Source: an uncultured Acidobacteriaceae bacterium | Lineage (GTDB): Bacteria; Acidobacteriota; Terriglobia; Terriglobales; Acidobacteriaceae | Length of the DNA: 64,000 bases | Reading direction: 5' to 3' | Assembly: GCA_963782505.1 (NCBI GenBank) | Contig: CAWAKG010000023.1 | Coordinates: 10,409-74,408, forward strand | Shown here: positions 62,064 through 64,000 of the stretch, one piece after another | Position numbering within the stretch: position 1 is the first letter of the stretch | Layout of the letters: every line of letters begins with the position of its first letter | Made by a program: the position numbers and the translations under genes | Notes under the pieces: generated by a model | Databases searched by the model: none | What the model saw: only the letters and a program-made list of their open reading frames with translations | Told to the model about the DNA's origin: nothing

Positions 62064-63926
62064 TCACACCGTGACCATTTGCCGGGTGCCGCTTCCACCC
62101 AGCGCTTCCAGCACATCGACGGCGCAGGAGTAGCGGCCGAAGGGAGCGGCGATCTGCGCGCCCTGCACCATGCCGCGCACCGCGGTCAGCATATCGCGGG
62201 CAATGGCGACGCCTTCGGCGCGCGCAGCGTCGGCGGTGTTGGCCTTCACCATGCGCTCGATGATGGCGTCAGGGATGGACACCCGCAGCTCGTTCTTCAT
62301 GAACTCGGCATTGCGCGCGCTGGTCAGCGGCCAGATACCCGCAATCAGCGGAATGTGGCAGTGCTCGATCTTCTTCAGGAACTGCTCGAGCAGGCGCAAG
62401 TCGAACACCGGTTGCGTGACGACGATTTCGGCGCCAGCCTCGACCTTGTACTCAAAGCGGCGCAGCTCTTCGTCGATATTGTCGGCGCCGGGGTTTGCGC
62501 CCACGGCAATTACGAATCGGGTGGCAGTGCCGATGGGATTGCCGCCGATGTCCAGCCCCCGGTTCAGGTTGTGAACGATGTTGACCAGCCCAATGGAGTC
62601 GACGTCGAAAACGGCGGTTGCGTCAGGATAGTCGCCCATGCGGGGAGGGTCGCCGGTGATGCAGATGAGATTGTGAATGCCTATGGCGCTGGCGCCCAGC
62701 AGGTCCGACTGGATGCCGAGCACGTTGCGGTCGCGGCAGGTGTAGTGCAGGATGGGCTCGATGCTGACCTGCTGCGCGATCAGCAGGCACAGTGCCTGGT
62801 TGCTCATGCGCGCCGAGGCACGCGGGCTGTCGGGAATGTTCACCGCGTCTATACCCACCGACTTCAGGAACTTTGCGCCATCGATCTCCCTGGCCGCGTC
62901 GATACCCTTGGGAGGAACGATCTCGACCATGGTGACAAACTCGCCTTCGGCGATCTTCCGCCCAAGTTTCGAGCGTTCCTTCAGCGGAACGGGGTCCACC
63001 GGATGCGCGACAGGAGCGGATGCCGTCTTGAATCGCTGCACGCGGCTCTTGCTGACCGCCAATTGCGACTTCATGGCGTGAATATGTTCCGGAGTGGTTC
63101 CGCAACAGCCGCCCACCAGCGTCACGCCTACGCCGACAAACTTCTCCGCGTAATTCGCCATATATTCGGGCGAGCACAGATAGATGTTCCTTCCCTCAAC
63201 GTTGCGCGGCATGCCGGCGTTGGGCTGCGCTGAAAGTGGAGCCGTCGTCACCGCGCGAACCCGCTCCATGGCGTCGAGCATGGCAACCGGTCCGACGCTG
63301 CAATTGCAGCCGACGACGTCGGCGCCCCACTCCTGCAACTGCGGGCCGTAGTGCTCGGGGCTGGAGCCATCGAGGCAGTTGCCGTCTTCATCGATGGTCA
63401 CCTGCGCCACGACCGGCAGCTCTGGATTGACCTCGCGCGCGGCGAGCAGGGCCTGGTGCAACTCCTCCAGATAGCCGAAGGTTTCCAGAATCAGCAGGTC
63501 GACGCCCTCTTCGTTGAGGGCCTCGATCTGTTCGCGGAAGGCGTCGCGCGCTTCGGAGAGGGCGATCTTGCCCAGCGGCTCGATGCGCACACCGAGCGGC
63601 CCCACTGCGCCTGCCACGAGAGCGTCGAAGCTCTTGGCCGCCTCGCGAGCGACGCGAGCGCCCATGCGGTTGATGTCAGCCAGACGGTCCAGACATCCGT
63701 GCTTTCCCAGGCGAAACGAATTGGCGCCAAAAGTGTTTGTCTCTATGACCTCTGCCCCGGCCTGGAGATAGTCGTGATGGATGTTACGGATCAGGTCAGG
63801 CTGCGAGAGGTTCAACTCGTCGTAACAACGGTTGATGAAGATGCCCTTGGCATACAGAAGCGTGCCCATGGCGCCGTCGCAAAGCACCGGACCACCTTGT
63901 AATCGAGTTAACAGATCGATCGCCAT
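62064..63926 (-). CDS. Bifunctional homocysteine S-methyltransferase domain / 5,10-methylenetetrahydrofolate reductase
   Basis: Internal start MAIDLL. The N-terminal 'DGAMGTLL...ETNTFGAN...GGCCGTTPEHI' is a Hcy-binding domain. The C-terminal half is MTHFR-like ('HYTCRDRN...ITGDPP'). Confidence 0.85.
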   Translation of the reverse strand: MAIDLLTRLQGGPVLCDGAMGTLLYAKGIFINRCYDELNLSQPDLIRNIHHDYLQAGAEVIETNTFGANSFRLGKHGCLDRLADINRMGARVAREAAKSFDALVAGAVGPLGVRIEPLGKIALSEARDAFREQIEALNEEGVDLLILETFGYLEELHQALLAAREVNPELPVVAQVTIDEDGNCLDGSSPEHYGPQLQEWGADVVGCNCSVGPVAMLDAMERVRAVTTAPLSAQPNAGMPRNVEGRNIYLCSPEYMANYAEKFVGVGVTLVGGCCGTTPEHIHAMKSQLAVSKSRVQRFKTASAPVAHPVDPVPLKERSKLGRKIAEGEFVTMVEIVPPKGIDAAREIDGAKFLKSVGIDAVNIPDSPRASARMSNQALCLLIAQQVSIEPILHYTCRDRNVLGIQSDLLGASAIGIHNLICITGDPPRMGDYPDATAVFDVDSIGLVNIVHNLNRGLDIGGNPIGTATRFVIAVGANPGADNIDEELRRFEYKVEAGAEIVVTQPVFDLRLLEQFLKKIEHCHIPLIAGIWPLTSARNAEFMKNELRVSIPDAIIERMVKANTADAARAEGVAIARDMLTAVRGMVQGAQIAAPFGRYSCAVDVLEALGGSGTRQMVTV

Positions 63927-64000
63927 GTGTAGTAACTGCCGCCTTCCCTTGGCAGGTTGAAGTCTATGGTACATGACGCGGAGCTGCGCTATCCAACCGC

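Noticed and set aside
63927-64000. SAM/SAH/B12 riboswitch in the leader of the methionine-cycle fusion gene
   Set aside because: Only ~75 nt of leader lie inside the window. A small CTGCC...GGCAG hairpin is visible, but no diagnostic riboswitch core.

Overview
High-GC bacterial chromosomal segment, most likely Acidobacteriota (Terriglobia-like). This is suggested by a PEP-CTERM protein, a GloVer-repeat secreted protein, a carboxypeptidase-regulatory-type TonB receptor and typical intergenic repeat families. Most of the window is core metabolism and envelope: olsBA-like lipid genes, HtrA, fumC, cysS, rph, acnA, tyrS, a homocysteine methyltransferase/MTHFR fusion, a PAS histidine kinase, and a Ser/Thr kinase with a TolB-like propeller. 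I found no rRNA, tRNA or CRISPR. Three accessory loci stand out. (1) At the left edge, a 713-aa protein fuses a terpene-cyclase-like toroid, a TIR domain with its catalytic Glu motif, and a UPRT-like phosphoribosyltransferase; this is a candidate NAD-linked immune or signalling protein whose neighbours lie outside the window. (2) At 11.7-14.3 kb, a bufferin-type MNIO RiPP operon: Sec-signal 6-Cys precursor, DUF692, DUF2063, DoxX. (3) At about 22.9-30.8 kb, a visibly AT-richer island where two different IS1595-family transposons sit 17 bp apart, each with 8-bp target duplications. Each carries cargo, including a shared and apparently uncharacterised four-Cys-motif small protein. One copy of that gene is split by a nested IS3/IS407-group insertion. 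Other cargo includes a proteasome-beta-like Ntn hydrolase. Caveat: at least nine genes, including acnA and tyrS, are frame-disrupted as sequenced. This points to assembly indels at least as much as to real pseudogenes. All coordinates were derived by hand from the ORF track and sequence, and small elements may be off by 1-2 nt.
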